Assembly (NCBI GenBank): GCA_019695235.1
Contig: JAIBAI010000004.1
Span: 23,111 to 87,110 of the forward strand
Length of the DNA stretch: 64,000 bases
DNA from: Bacteroidia bacterium
GTDB lineage: Bacteria; Bacteroidota; Bacteroidia; M30B66
Reading direction: 5' to 3'
The first letter of the stretch is position 1. Every line of letters begins with the position of its first letter. Shown one piece after another: positions 51,057-61,443 of the stretch. The notes under the pieces were generated by a model that saw only the letters and a program-made list of their open reading frames with translations, ran no database searches and had not been told where the DNA came from. A program made the translations under genes and the position numbers.

Positions 51057-52688
51057 ATGGCAATTATCTATGCACTGGTTTCTGGTTTACTGATGGTTCT
51101 TGCCTGGCCGGTTCAAGGCTGGGCACCTCTAATCTTCATGGCATGGGTGCCGCTGTTGTTGATAGAAGAGCGCATTCTTAACGATGGCAATCATTACAAT
51201 AACCTGCGTGTTTTCGGGCTTGCTTACCTGAGCTTTCTGACCTGGAACGTAGGTACCACCTGGTGGGTTTTGTATGCCTCATTAGGAGGCGCTTTGCTGG
51301 CTAATTTGGCCAACACCTTACTGATGGCTTCGGTATTTATGCTTTTTCATATTTTAAGAAAAAGAATTCCGGCAAAGCAATCTATGTATTACCTGCCAAT
51401 TGTATGGCTGGCTTTTGAGTATTTTCACTTCGACTGGGACCTCAGCTGGCCTTGGCTTACACTGGGTAACGTGTTTGCAGAAGACTACCAGCTGATTCAA
51501 TGGTATGAGTTTACCGGAACTTCAGGGGGCACCCTTTGGGTACTTCTCATCAATATTGCTATTACACGCCTGCTACTTTCAGTCAACAAAGCCAACCAAG
51601 TTTCTGATATCCTGAAAAAGGCAAGGCTTATTATTGCCGGAATGTTACTGCCAATATTGACTTCATTATTGATTTACTATAACACATCTGACAAGGGCGA
51701 AAAGGTAAATGTTGCGGTAGTACAACCCAATGTTGACCCTTATCTTGAAAAATTTGATGAGCGCACTTTCGACCATCAACTCAGTCGTTTTATCCGTTTG
51801 GCCAGTGCAGCAATTACCGATAGTACCGACTGGTTGTTTGGCCCTGAAACAGCCCTTGCCGGCTCTATAGATGAAGCAGAACTCAGCGGGGATGATCGTA
51901 TTAAGCGGCTTGATAGCTTACTCAGTGCACATCCGGGGCTCAATATTTTGATGGGTGCCGAAACACACCGTTTTTACCGGCCCGGGCAGGAGCACCCCAC
52001 TACTGCACGTCAACTGCAAAACAGAGATGATGTGTTCTACGATGTGTACAACACAGCCCTCTTCATGAATAAGGGCAAAAAACAAGTGTATCATAAATCA
52101 AAACTTGTACCCGGGGTTGAACAAATGCCTTTTCCGGCCATCTTTCGTTTTTTAGAGAAATGGGCGATTAACATGGGCGGAACTACCGGAACCCTGGGCA
52201 CACAAAAAGAAAGAACCGTATTTGAGGGCATAAAACCATCGCAATTGGCTGCACCCGCCATTTGTTACGAGTCGGTCTATGGCGATTTTATGCAGAAATA
52301 CATTGCTAATGGGGCCAGTTTTATCGCTGTTATTACCAACGACGGGTGGTGGGACGACACCCCCGGTTACCGCCAGCACCTCGCCTACGCCCGCCTCAGA
52401 GCTATCGAAAACCGCAGGAGTATTGTACGCAGCGCCAACACCGGAATCAGTTGTTTAATCAACCAGCGCGGCGATATTAGTCATGCGAGCCAATGGTGGA
52501 CAGCCAGCTCCTTTAATGGTACTATTAAAGCAAACACCGGAAGAACTTTCTTTTCAGTTACAGGTGACTTTCTGGGCCTGGCAGCAACATGGATGAGCCT
52601 TTGGCTCCTGGCCTGGATGGTTTGGCTACGTTTTCGCAAAAATACAAGCTCCACACCAGTGCCGAAAGGCAAACCTGAATCTGAATGA
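51057..52688 (+). CDS. lnt: apolipoprotein N-acyltransferase
   Basis: N-terminal polytopic membrane domain, followed by a CN-hydrolase domain with YHKSKLVPGVEQMP and the catalytic ICYESVYG Cys motif. 543 aa. Confidence 0.8.
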   Translation: MAIIYALVSGLLMVLAWPVQGWAPLIFMAWVPLLLIEERILNDGNHYNNLRVFGLAYLSFLTWNVGTTWWVLYASLGGALLANLANTLLMASVFMLFHILRKRIPAKQSMYYLPIVWLAFEYFHFDWDLSWPWLTLGNVFAEDYQLIQWYEFTGTSGGTLWVLLINIAITRLLLSVNKANQVSDILKKARLIIAGMLLPILTSLLIYYNTSDKGEKVNVAVVQPNVDPYLEKFDERTFDHQLSRFIRLASAAITDSTDWLFGPETALAGSIDEAELSGDDRIKRLDSLLSAHPGLNILMGAETHRFYRPGQEHPTTARQLQNRDDVFYDVYNTALFMNKGKKQVYHKSKLVPGVEQMPFPAIFRFLEKWAINMGGTTGTLGTQKERTVFEGIKPSQLAAPAICYESVYGDFMQKYIANGASFIAVITNDGWWDDTPGYRQHLAYARLRAIENRRSIVRSANTGISCLINQRGDISHASQWWTASSFNGTIKANTGRTFFSVTGDFLGLAATWMSLWLLAWMVWLRFRKNTSSTPVPKGKPESE

Positions 52689-52726
52689 ATTAAATTGTGT
52701 AAGAAGCAGATTTATACCTTTGCCTC

Positions 52727-54529
52727 ATGGGACTTTTCACGGAATTTAAAAAAGCCACTTACAGCGAATGGCGCGAGCAATTGCAAAAAGAACTTAAAGG
52801 AACTGATGACGCTCGTTTCACGCATAGAAGCATAGAGGGTATTAAGATACCTACTTATATCAGCCCTGACACATTTTCTTCAAGTGAATCGCCTGTCGCA
52901 TACCGTTCAAATAATGCGAACCAAACAGAAGGGGCAAACTCCTGGCTGGCCTGTGTTGAAATAGACACTGCAAATCTTTTTACAGCCAACAAAACTGCAC
53001 TGGCGCTATTGGAGCAAGGTGCAGGTGCTGTACGTTTTAAAGGCATTGGCATTTCAAATCAGGAAGAATTACGCCTGGTGCTGAAAGACATTAACCCTGC
53101 ACTCATACGCATACATTTTGATGCCGGCGAAGCCAATCCTTCACTGCTGTTTATGTTGTATGATGAGCTGCTACAGATGCAACAAGAAGCTCATCAAATT
53201 CAGGGTTCCCTTGCATTTGACCCGCTGAGTGATTATGCTTTCAATGGCTATCTGCATACCAGTTTCGACGAAACCATGCAGATTGCCAAAGCACTATTGG
53301 ATTTCAGACAAGTTAACCTGCCAGCATTTCATATTTTTAGCATTCAGGGGGCACGCTGGCACAATGCCGGTGCAAGTACTGCACTTGAACTTGCCATAGC
53401 CCTTGCATGCGCCACTGAATATGGTGTTCAACTGAAAGTACCCGAACAGGTACTTCCTGCAATAAGTGTGCAAATTGCTGCAGGTGCTGATTATTTCGCA
53501 AGCATTGCCAAATTCAGAAGCTTCAGAATGCTTTGGGCAAAAATGTTGCAAGGCTTCGGACTGGATGCCAGGACATTGCCCTTATGGCTCGCTGCTGAAA
53601 CTTCTCAACGAAATAAAACGATTTTCGACCCCTGGAACAACCAGTTAAGACTTACCACAGAAGCAATGGCAGCTGTAATTGCAGGTGCTGATGAGCTTAC
53701 AATTCATCCTTACGACCAGGTATTCAGAGCTTCGGATGAACTTGCGCAACGAACTGCCCTGAATGTACACCATCTTTTACGTTACGAATCACACCTGAAC
53801 GCCGTTGCTGATGCTGCCTCAGGGTCAATGTTTATTGAAACACTCACTTCCGGAATAACAGAAAAAGCATGGGCACTGTTTCTTGAAATTGAGAAGCAAG
53901 GAGGCTACCTGAAAGCACTTCGCAAGGGTTGGATACAACAGGCAATCATGACCTCACGGCAAGAGCTGGAACAAAACTTCAGAACAGGAAAAAGGAGTCT
54001 GATTGGCACCAATCGTTTTGCCCAAATAGCTGATGCTGGCCATCCTTTCAAAATACTTGCCGCTGACCCTTTGCGCAAAGAGCCTGAATTCAAACCAATT
54101 GATACCTTCAGAGAAGCCGAACTCATCGAGCAAATTCGCCTCAACTTTACAGGCTCACAAAAACCCGCTCATGTATTTCTGGCAATGACCAGCAACAGCA
54201 AACGTGCAAATGACCGGGCTGAGTTTATCACCGACTTCATGGCAATGGCCGGAATTAGTTGCATCGGCGCAAATTCGGAAGAAACATTAGCACAACAGCT
54301 TCAATCAACCAAAGCAAGAACTGCCCTGGCTATTGTGCTCTGCGGTGCTGACGAAGAGTATCTGCCAGCCTGGGAAGCGCTGGATAAAAACCTCTTGAGA
54401 GGCACAAAGGTGTTAGTGGCTGGCCGGCCTGACACAACAGACCAGCTTAGTGCTTCCGGCATTGCTGATTATATATACCTTGGCTGCGATGCCCTTCCTA
54501 TATTTTTCAGCCTTAGTAAAACTGACTAA
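52727..54529 (+). CDS. mutA: methylmalonyl-CoA mutase small (beta) subunit
   Basis: 600 aa. Shares the mutase-family core with the 21742 gene (FRSFRMLWAKMLQGF versus [17 protein letters not shown]) but lacks the DxHxxG cobalamin motif. Confidence 0.7.
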   Translation: MGLFTEFKKATYSEWREQLQKELKGTDDARFTHRSIEGIKIPTYISPDTFSSSESPVAYRSNNANQTEGANSWLACVEIDTANLFTANKTALALLEQGAGAVRFKGIGISNQEELRLVLKDINPALIRIHFDAGEANPSLLFMLYDELLQMQQEAHQIQGSLAFDPLSDYAFNGYLHTSFDETMQIAKALLDFRQVNLPAFHIFSIQGARWHNAGASTALELAIALACATEYGVQLKVPEQVLPAISVQIAAGADYFASIAKFRSFRMLWAKMLQGFGLDARTLPLWLAAETSQRNKTIFDPWNNQLRLTTEAMAAVIAGADELTIHPYDQVFRASDELAQRTALNVHHLLRYESHLNAVADAASGSMFIETLTSGITEKAWALFLEIEKQGGYLKALRKGWIQQAIMTSRQELEQNFRTGKRSLIGTNRFAQIADAGHPFKILAADPLRKEPEFKPIDTFREAELIEQIRLNFTGSQKPAHVFLAMTSNSKRANDRAEFITDFMAMAGISCIGANSEETLAQQLQSTKARTALAIVLCGADEEYLPAWEALDKNLLRGTKVLVAGRPDTTDQLSASGIADYIYLGCDALPIFFSLSKTD

Positions 54530-54594
54530 AGATTCAACCTGAATCAGCTTTTTCAACTTATATTCGCACTTTTAACCAAAAGGGCTGCCTCTCA

Positions 54595-57500
54595 ATGCCT
54601 TATCCAGAATACAAACAACTCAATTTGCCGGAGATTGCCAACGAAATCCTTTCCGGCTGGGAACAAAACAAAACTTTTGAGCATTCTGTAAAAAACAGAA
54701 ATGGTGCTCCCGCATTTACATTCTATGAGGGACCTCCCTCTGCCAATGGTTTACCTGGCATTCACCATGTGATGGCAAGAGCTATTAAAGACATCTTTTG
54801 TCGTTACAAAACCATGCAGGGCTTTCAGGTACTCCGTAAAGCAGGGTGGGACACGCATGGCCTCCCTGTTGAATTAGGAGTGGAGAAAGAACTGGGTATC
54901 ACCAAAGAAGATATCGGGCAAAAAATCAGTATCGAAGAATACAACCAGGCGTGTAGAACTGCTGTAATGAAATATACCAGCATCTGGCACGACCTGACGC
55001 GTAAAATGGGCTATTGGGTTGACATGGACCAACCCTATATCACCTATGAGAACAAGTATATTGAGTCGGTTTGGTTCTTGCTTCAACGCCTGTTTGAGAA
55101 AAACCTGCTATACAAAGGTTATTCAATTCAACCCTATTCACCTGCCGCCGGAACCGGGCTTAGTTCACACGAACTTAATATGCCAGGCACCTATAAGATG
55201 GTAAAAGACAATACCATCGTGGCCATGTTTAAACTAAAGGAGGACGAAGCATTTGCAAAGCTGTTTGGCGATTTGGGTAGAGATGCCATTCATTTACTTG
55301 CCTGGACGACTACTCCATGGACATTGCCCTCCAATACCGCATTGAGTGTAGGTAAAAATATTGTTTACAGCGTTATTCGCACTTTCAATGCCTATACCCA
55401 TCAACCAATTGTAGTTGTGCTTGCCAGAGACCTGGTTAACAGGTTCTTTCCGGAAAAAAATGAAGCACTTGCTTTAGAAAGTTATCAAGCCGGCGACAAA
55501 GCCATTCCTTTTAAAAGATTGAAAGACGTAGCAGGTGCTGAATTAGCAGGCTTGTACTATGAACAGTTATTGCCTTATGCACAGCCCGAGGATGGTGATG
55601 CGTTCAGAGTGGTTCTTGGTGATTTTGTAACTACTGAAGATGGCACCGGTATTGTACATACCGCCCCCAGCTTTGGTGCTGATGACTTTAAAGTTGCCCG
55701 CCAAAATGGGATAGGCAACCTTACCCTGGTTGATCTGCAAGGAAGATTTACGAGCAATGTGAACGACCCTGTTTTTGGTTTCGCAGGTGAATTTGTAAAA
55801 GAACAATACCTAAGCGAAGAAGAAAAAACACATGAATTGTTGTTGCAGCAGGAGCGTTTGAAAACCCTGATACCTAAGCTCGACAAATACCTGAATGTAG
55901 ATGAGCGTATTGCTTTAAAGTTAAAAATTGAGGGCAAGGCATTCCGCATAGAAAAATACGAGCACACCTATCCGCACTGCTGGAGAACTGATAAACCCAT
56001 TTTGTATTATCCACTTGATAGCTGGTTTATTAAAACAACTGCAGTCAAGGAACAACTGATACAGCTAAACCACCAGATCAACTGGAAACCGGAAAGTACC
56101 GGTACAGGAAGGTTTGGGAATTGGCTTGAGAACCTTCAGGACTGGAATTTGAGCCGGTCAAGGTACTGGGGTATCCCTATTCCGGTTTGGAGAAGTGAAG
56201 ATGGCACAGAACAAATCTGTATCGGTTCAGTTGAGCAGTTAAAGGCAGAAGTTGAAAAGGCACTAAAGGCCGGATTGATGGAACAAAACCCTTTTGGTGA
56301 TTTCAAACCGGGTGATATGTCGGATGCAAACTACCATGTATTTGACCTTCACAGGCCTTATGTTGACCGGATTGTGCTGCTTTCGCCTTCAGGCAAACCC
56401 ATGTATCGTGAAGCTGACTTGATTGACGTTTGGTTTGATTCAGGTGCAATGCCTTATGCTCAATGGCATTATCCATTTGAGAACAAAGAGATGATCGAGC
56501 AGGGTAAAGCCTTTCCGGCAGATTTTATTGCAGAAGGGGTAGACCAGACCCGCGGTTGGTTTTTCACCCTGCATGCCATTGCGGCGATGTGCTTCGACAG
56601 TGTGGCGTTTAAAAATGTAGTTTCAAACGGATTGGTTTTAGACAAAAACGGCAATAAAATGTCGAAACGCCTGGGCAATGCCACCGACCCATTTGAAACA
56701 TTGGCACAATGGGGGCCGGATGCAACCAGGTGGTACATGCTGGGGAATGCCCAACCATGGGATAATCTGAAATTTAACCCCAATGGCATTGCAGAGGTAC
56801 AGCGCAAATTTTTTGGTACACTTTACAATACTTATCAGTTCTTTGCGCTGTACGCCAATATTGACGGCTTTGTACCACAAAAGGAGCAAACAGCCAACGC
56901 ACCTGAACTAGACCGCTGGATTTTGTCAAAACTCAATACACTTACCGCTTATTGCACTGAACGACTGAACGACTATGACCCTACCCCATCGGTACGTGCT
57001 ATGGAGGACTTTGTTGACACACAACTCTCAAACTGGTATGTGCGTTTAGGCAGAAGGCGTTTTTGGAAATCAGGGAGCAGTGAGGACAAATTAAGTGCCT
57101 ATCAGACGTTATATACCTGCCTTGATACCCTTTCAAAGCTCATGGCTCCTATTGCTCCGTTTTTTGCAGATTGGCTTTACCAGAACCTGAATGACAAGGG
57201 CAGTTCGGTACACCTTCAGCAATGGCCTTTGGTACAATCAGATAAGATTGATCAGGCACTTGAAGCCCGGATGGAAATGGCACAAAGAATTTCATCATTG
57301 GTTTTGAGTTTGAGAAAAAAAGTGAATATCCGTGTTCGTCAACCTTTGTCAAGAATTCTTCTTCCAACCGGAAATAATGCAAAGCAGATGCAAATCAACC
57401 TGGTGAAGGAACTGATTTTGTCTGAAACAAATGTGAAACAGCTTGAATTTGCCGAAGAAGAAAACACCATCATTGTAAAGAAGGTGAAACCTGATTTTAA

Positions 57501-57999
57501 AGCATTGGGGCCAAAATTCGGGAAGCAGATGAAAGAAGTAGCAGCTGCAATTCTGCAAATGTCGGCTGCACAGATAAACCAGCTCCAACAGGAAGGTGTA
57601 ATTTCGCTCGAAGCTTTTAGTGCACAGATACTTCTTGAAGATGTTGAAATTGTTACAGAGGATATTCCGGGCTGGCAAGTGGCCAGCGATGGGCCTTATA
57701 CTATTGCATTAGACACTACTATTACTGAAAGCTTATTTTCTGAAGGTTTGGCAAGAGAACTTATTAACAAAATACAGTCCTTAAGGAAAACAAGCGGGCT
57801 GGAGGTAACCGACCATATTCACATTTTTGTTAAAAACCATCCCCTACTCACCCCTGCAATTGAAAGCAATAAAAATTATATTTGCGCCGAAACACTGGGA
57901 GATACCTTAAATATATCTAACGGTGAGAGTTTTTCAGGAGGTGTTACCGTCGAATTGAATGATGAGATATCTACTGAAATAAATATTGCTAAAATCTAA
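54595..57999 (+). CDS. ileS: isoleucine--tRNA ligase (long, Bacteroidetes-type)
   Basis: Class-I HIGH region (PPSANGLPGIHHV), KMSKS motif (KMSKRLGN), editing-domain blocks. 1134 aa. Confidence 0.9.
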   Translation: MPYPEYKQLNLPEIANEILSGWEQNKTFEHSVKNRNGAPAFTFYEGPPSANGLPGIHHVMARAIKDIFCRYKTMQGFQVLRKAGWDTHGLPVELGVEKELGITKEDIGQKISIEEYNQACRTAVMKYTSIWHDLTRKMGYWVDMDQPYITYENKYIESVWFLLQRLFEKNLLYKGYSIQPYSPAAGTGLSSHELNMPGTYKMVKDNTIVAMFKLKEDEAFAKLFGDLGRDAIHLLAWTTTPWTLPSNTALSVGKNIVYSVIRTFNAYTHQPIVVVLARDLVNRFFPEKNEALALESYQAGDKAIPFKRLKDVAGAELAGLYYEQLLPYAQPEDGDAFRVVLGDFVTTEDGTGIVHTAPSFGADDFKVARQNGIGNLTLVDLQGRFTSNVNDPVFGFAGEFVKEQYLSEEEKTHELLLQQERLKTLIPKLDKYLNVDERIALKLKIEGKAFRIEKYEHTYPHCWRTDKPILYYPLDSWFIKTTAVKEQLIQLNHQINWKPESTGTGRFGNWLENLQDWNLSRSRYWGIPIPVWRSEDGTEQICIGSVEQLKAEVEKALKAGLMEQNPFGDFKPGDMSDANYHVFDLHRPYVDRIVLLSPSGKPMYREADLIDVWFDSGAMPYAQWHYPFENKEMIEQGKAFPADFIAEGVDQTRGWFFTLHAIAAMCFDSVAFKNVVSNGLVLDKNGNKMSKRLGNATDPFETLAQWGPDATRWYMLGNAQPWDNLKFNPNGIAEVQRKFFGTLYNTYQFFALYANIDGFVPQKEQTANAPELDRWILSKLNTLTAYCTERLNDYDPTPSVRAMEDFVDTQLSNWYVRLGRRRFWKSGSSEDKLSAYQTLYTCLDTLSKLMAPIAPFFADWLYQNLNDKGSSVHLQQWPLVQSDKIDQALEARMEMAQRISSLVLSLRKKVNIRVRQPLSRILLPTGNNAKQMQINLVKELILSETNVKQLEFAEEENTIIVKKVKPDFKALGPKFGKQMKEVAAAILQMSAAQINQLQQEGVISLEAFSAQILLEDVEIVTEDIPGWQVASDGPYTIALDTTITESLFSEGLARELINKIQSLRKTSGLEVTDHIHIFVKNHPLLTPAIESNKNYICAETLGDTLNISNGESFSGGVTVELNDEISTEINIAKI

Positions 58000-58008
58000 A
58001 ATGAAATT

Positions 58009-58389
58009 ATGAGTACGTCTGAAAAAACAAGATACACGCCTGAAGAGTTGCAGGAATTCAAGGAGATTATTGAGCGTAAACTTGAAGAAGCCCGTCGCGA
58101 CTATGAGCTTTTGAAAAGTGCTTTTTCAAACTCAGATGACCATGGTACGGATGACACCTCCCCTACTTTCAAACTCTTAGAAGAAGGCTCTGATGTGCTT
58201 TCAAAAGAAGAAACAGGGCAACTGGCCGCCCGCCAGAAGAAATTTATTGAAAATCTTGAAGCCGCACTGGTACGTATTCAAAATAACACCTACGGCATTT
58301 GCAGGGTAACCGGTAAACTAATACCCAAAGAAAGACTACGGATTGTGCCGCATGCAACCTTAAGTATTGAGGCGAAGAATCAGCAATAA
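58009..58389 (+). CDS. TraR/DksA-family regulator (Cys-poor variant)
   Basis: 126 aa. Coiled-coil N-terminus with acidic tip region. The C-terminal YGICRVTGKLIPKERLRIVPHATLS resembles a degenerate DksA zinc-finger. It sits between ileS and lspA, a conserved neighbourhood. Confidence 0.6.
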   Translation: MSTSEKTRYTPEELQEFKEIIERKLEEARRDYELLKSAFSNSDDHGTDDTSPTFKLLEEGSDVLSKEETGQLAARQKKFIENLEAALVRIQNNTYGICRVTGKLIPKERLRIVPHATLSIEAKNQQ

Positions 58390-58430
58390 CCTGCTATTGC
58401 CCCGGTAAACCCGGGGCTTTTTTTAAAGAC

Positions 58431-59069
58431 TTGAAAAAAGCTATTGCAATTATCCTGGGCATTCTTCTGATTGATCAGGTAGTGAAAATCTGGGTAAAAA
58501 CCCACATGCTTCTCGGTGAACAGATTGCTGTTGCCGGCAACTGGTTTTACATTAGTTTTATTGAAAACTATGGAATGGCATTCGGAATGGACTTTGGTGG
58601 TGACACTGGAAAAATATTGCTAAGTCTTTTCCGGATAGTAGTTGTAAGTATTATGTGCGTTTATTTATTCCGGCTTATCAATACCCAAAAAATCCATACC
58701 GGAGTGCTGGTGTCTTTTTCAATGATTATCGCAGGTGCCATTGGCAATATTATTGATAGTGTTTTTTATGGTCTGATATTTAATAAGGGAATGACTTTTG
58801 ACCCGGTAACTTCTGGTTTCTTCAGGTATGATGGTCTTGCAGAATTTTCAAGCCAGGGTTATGCACCTGTTTTACATGGCTGCGTGGTAGATATGTTCTA
58901 TTTCCCCATTATCGAATCGAATTTCCCCAATTGGCTACCTATCTGGGGAGGTGAACATTTCATTTTTTTTAGCCCGGTATTTAATGTCGCCGACGCTGCA
59001 ATAACCTGTGGGGTGGCACTTTTTCTTATTTTTAGAAAAAAATTTCATTTATCTGAAAACAATTCCTGA
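58431..59069 (+). CDS. lspA: lipoprotein signal peptidase (signal peptidase II)
   Basis: Four TM helices, a conserved Asp-containing NVADAAI block, and the typical ileS-downstream position. TTG start as given by the ORF track. Confidence 0.85.
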   Translation: MKKAIAIILGILLIDQVVKIWVKTHMLLGEQIAVAGNWFYISFIENYGMAFGMDFGGDTGKILLSLFRIVVVSIMCVYLFRLINTQKIHTGVLVSFSMIIAGAIGNIIDSVFYGLIFNKGMTFDPVTSGFFRYDGLAEFSSQGYAPVLHGCVVDMFYFPIIESNFPNWLPIWGGEHFIFFSPVFNVADAAITCGVALFLIFRKKFHLSENNS

Positions 59070-59182
59070 TATTGCTATAAGTATTCGGAAAATTATTTAA
59101 AATTTTAGTTCGGAAAAATCCATAACCCCTCATAATCAGTTCATTCTGACAAACTCTTGATGCAAATTAAGACATCACGCAC

Positions 59183-61249
59183 ATGAAACATTTTTTATCC
59201 CCGGATCAGGCCCCGGATGCAACGGCTGACAATGCTGCAATGAAACAATCAGACGATTTGTCCGTATCAGTTGCACAAACAAATACAGAGGCAATGCCTG
59301 AAATCAATGCGCCTGCACCTGAGGTATCAACAGAAACAGTGGAAGTTGCATCAGCCTTACCCGCTCAGCCATCTCCCCATGCCGAAGAGGCAATGCCTGA
59401 AATCAATGCGCCTGCACCTGAGGCATCAACAGAAACAGTAGAAGTTGCATCAGCTTTACCCGCTCAGTCTGTTCCCCATGCCGAGTTAGAAGAAGAAGAG
59501 GAAACCACAGACGAGCATGATGAGTTGCACCCACAAATTGCATTTCATGAATTGTCACGTACGGAGCTTCTTGGCGAATTAAGAAACATTCTTGGCACGT
59601 CGAATCCGGATGTTGAAAAGCATCGGTTTATTGCGATAAAAGAAGCTTACTTTAGGGTAAAAGAAGAAGAAACTGCTTCGAAACGCTCAAAATTCATTGA
59701 GAACGGTGGCGAACCCGAAGAATTTGAAATTCAACGTGATGAAACTGACCTGCAATTTGAACAGGGTATCAAGGCCTTCATTGAAAAGAAAGCGGAGTAC
59801 AGAAGGCAAAAAGAAAAAGAACTTCAGGACAATCTCCGGAAGAAAAAAGAAATTCTTGCAGAATTAAAGCAACTTACCGGCAATGAAAATGTACAGGCAT
59901 CGTTCGACCGTTTGCATGAGCTGATGGCGCAATGGCGTGCTGTTGGCCTGGTACCTGCTGCCTATATTGATGAGTTATGGAAAAACTATCATCACCATAT
60001 CAATAATTTTTACGAGGTAATTAAAATCAACAAAGAACTTCGTGAACTTGACTATAAAAAGAACCTCGAACTTAAAACAGAATTATGCATTCGTGCCGAA
60101 AGGTTGTTCCTTGAACCATCTATCAGCAAATCGCTTGATGAATACAAAGAGATTCAAGACCAATGGAAACAAATCGGGCTGGCAGGAAAAGAACAGAATG
60201 AAGTTGTTTGGGAACGATTTCGCGCCGCGGGGGATAAATTATTTGATCGTCGCCGGGAATTTATTCAAGGGCAGGAACAGCAATTTCATGAAAACCTCGA
60301 AGCAAAAAACAAGGTAATAGATGATACTGAAGCCCACCTTGCAGCCTTGCCATTTACTTCGCACCTTCAGTGGCAGGAAGCTTCTGAGAAAATGGCGACC
60401 CTCTTAGACCAATGGAAAAAAACAGGGTTTGCCGGACGCAAAGACAATGAAACATCTTGGAAACGCTTCAAGCAATTGCGCGACCGTTTTTACTTAGCCA
60501 AAGAAGAATTCTACAAAACACTCCGTGAAACACAGGCTCATCATTACAAGCTGAAAGTTGACCTTTGTATGGAAGCCGAAGCATTAAAAGAAAGTACCGA
60601 TTGGAAGAAATCGGGAGATAGAATGCGAGAACTACAGGAGCAGTGGAAAAAAACCGGGCCGGTTGCAAAGAAATATACAGAGAAACTTTGGCAACGTTTT
60701 CGCACTGCTTGCGATGCGTTTTATAGCCATCGTAAAGAATTCTTCTCCGGAATTAATCAAAGTCAGGATGAGAACCTGAGGCTTAAGCGTGAACTGGTTG
60801 CTCGTATTCAGCAATTTGAGCAAGGGCCTGACTCACAAGAAAACTTCGATACCCTTAAGGCGTTTCAGGCCGAGTGGATTGAAATTGGCCATGTTCCGGT
60901 GAAAGAAAAAGACAAGTTGCAGAAAGAATACCGTTCGGCCATTGACAAGCAATTTACCAAACTCAAGGCAGAAAGTGCTGATGCCCGCAGGCAGGTATTC
61001 AGGGCACAGGTACAAAGTACCCGCCAGCAACCTGGTGGCAAAGACAAGCTCTCGCACCAGAAACATGCCCTTCAGGAAAAAATCCGGAAAGTCCAATCAG
61101 AGATCCAGGCATGGGAGAACAACATGGGATTCCTTGGGCGGTCAAAAGCTGCTGATGAACTCAAGCTTGAAATCAATAAGAAAATCGAAAAAGCCCGTAC
61201 TGAGATTGCCGCCCTTCACGAGCAATTAAGAATCCTCAAAGAGGATTAA
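59183..61249 (+). CDS. DUF349 domain-containing protein
   Basis: 688 aa. Multiple copies of the DUF349 helical repeat (W..Y...I..F..., e.g. QWKQIG...VVWERFRAAGDKLFDRRREF; QWKKTG...KLWQRFRTACDAFYSHRKEF). Acidic N-terminal region containing a tandem duplication. Confidence 0.8.
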   Translation: MKHFLSPDQAPDATADNAAMKQSDDLSVSVAQTNTEAMPEINAPAPEVSTETVEVASALPAQPSPHAEEAMPEINAPAPEASTETVEVASALPAQSVPHAELEEEEETTDEHDELHPQIAFHELSRTELLGELRNILGTSNPDVEKHRFIAIKEAYFRVKEEETASKRSKFIENGGEPEEFEIQRDETDLQFEQGIKAFIEKKAEYRRQKEKELQDNLRKKKEILAELKQLTGNENVQASFDRLHELMAQWRAVGLVPAAYIDELWKNYHHHINNFYEVIKINKELRELDYKKNLELKTELCIRAERLFLEPSISKSLDEYKEIQDQWKQIGLAGKEQNEVVWERFRAAGDKLFDRRREFIQGQEQQFHENLEAKNKVIDDTEAHLAALPFTSHLQWQEASEKMATLLDQWKKTGFAGRKDNETSWKRFKQLRDRFYLAKEEFYKTLRETQAHHYKLKVDLCMEAEALKESTDWKKSGDRMRELQEQWKKTGPVAKKYTEKLWQRFRTACDAFYSHRKEFFSGINQSQDENLRLKRELVARIQQFEQGPDSQENFDTLKAFQAEWIEIGHVPVKEKDKLQKEYRSAIDKQFTKLKAESADARRQVFRAQVQSTRQQPGGKDKLSHQKHALQEKIRKVQSEIQAWENNMGFLGRSKAADELKLEINKKIEKARTEIAALHEQLRILKED
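59288..59485 (+). repeat. near-perfect 99-bp x2 tandem duplication (about 93% identical) inside the DUF349 gene
   Basis: gaggcaatgcctgaaatcaatgcgcctgcacctgagg(t/c)atcaacagaaacagt(g/a)gaagttgcatcagc(c/t)ttacccgctcag... occurs twice back to back. It encodes EAMPEINAPAPE(V/A)STETVEVASALPAQ(PSP/SVP)HAE x2. Confidence 0.85.
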
Positions 61250-61280
61250 TCAGGTTTTGTAAGAATAGAAAAAACAAAAA

Positions 61281-61303
61281 AGGCTGCCTCTGGGCAGCCT
61301 TTT
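61281..61303. terminator. bidirectional hairpin terminator (DUF349 gene on +, tRNA-Gly on -)
   Basis: AAAAAA-GGCTGCC-TCTG-GGCAGCC-TTTT: a perfect 7-bp stem with T/A tracts on both sides. Confidence 0.6.
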
Positions 61304-61304
61304 G

Positions 61305-61377
<73 letters not shown>

Positions 61378-61443
61378 TTTTCGTCAACTCGACGGGCTGC
61401 AAAAGTAATACAAAAAGACTTTTTTCAAAATAATTCTGAAAAA

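Noticed and set aside
59100-59140. Direct repeat TTCGGAAAA x2 upstream of the DUF349 gene
   Set aside because: It is too short and AT-rich to distinguish from chance. Noted only as a possible promoter feature.
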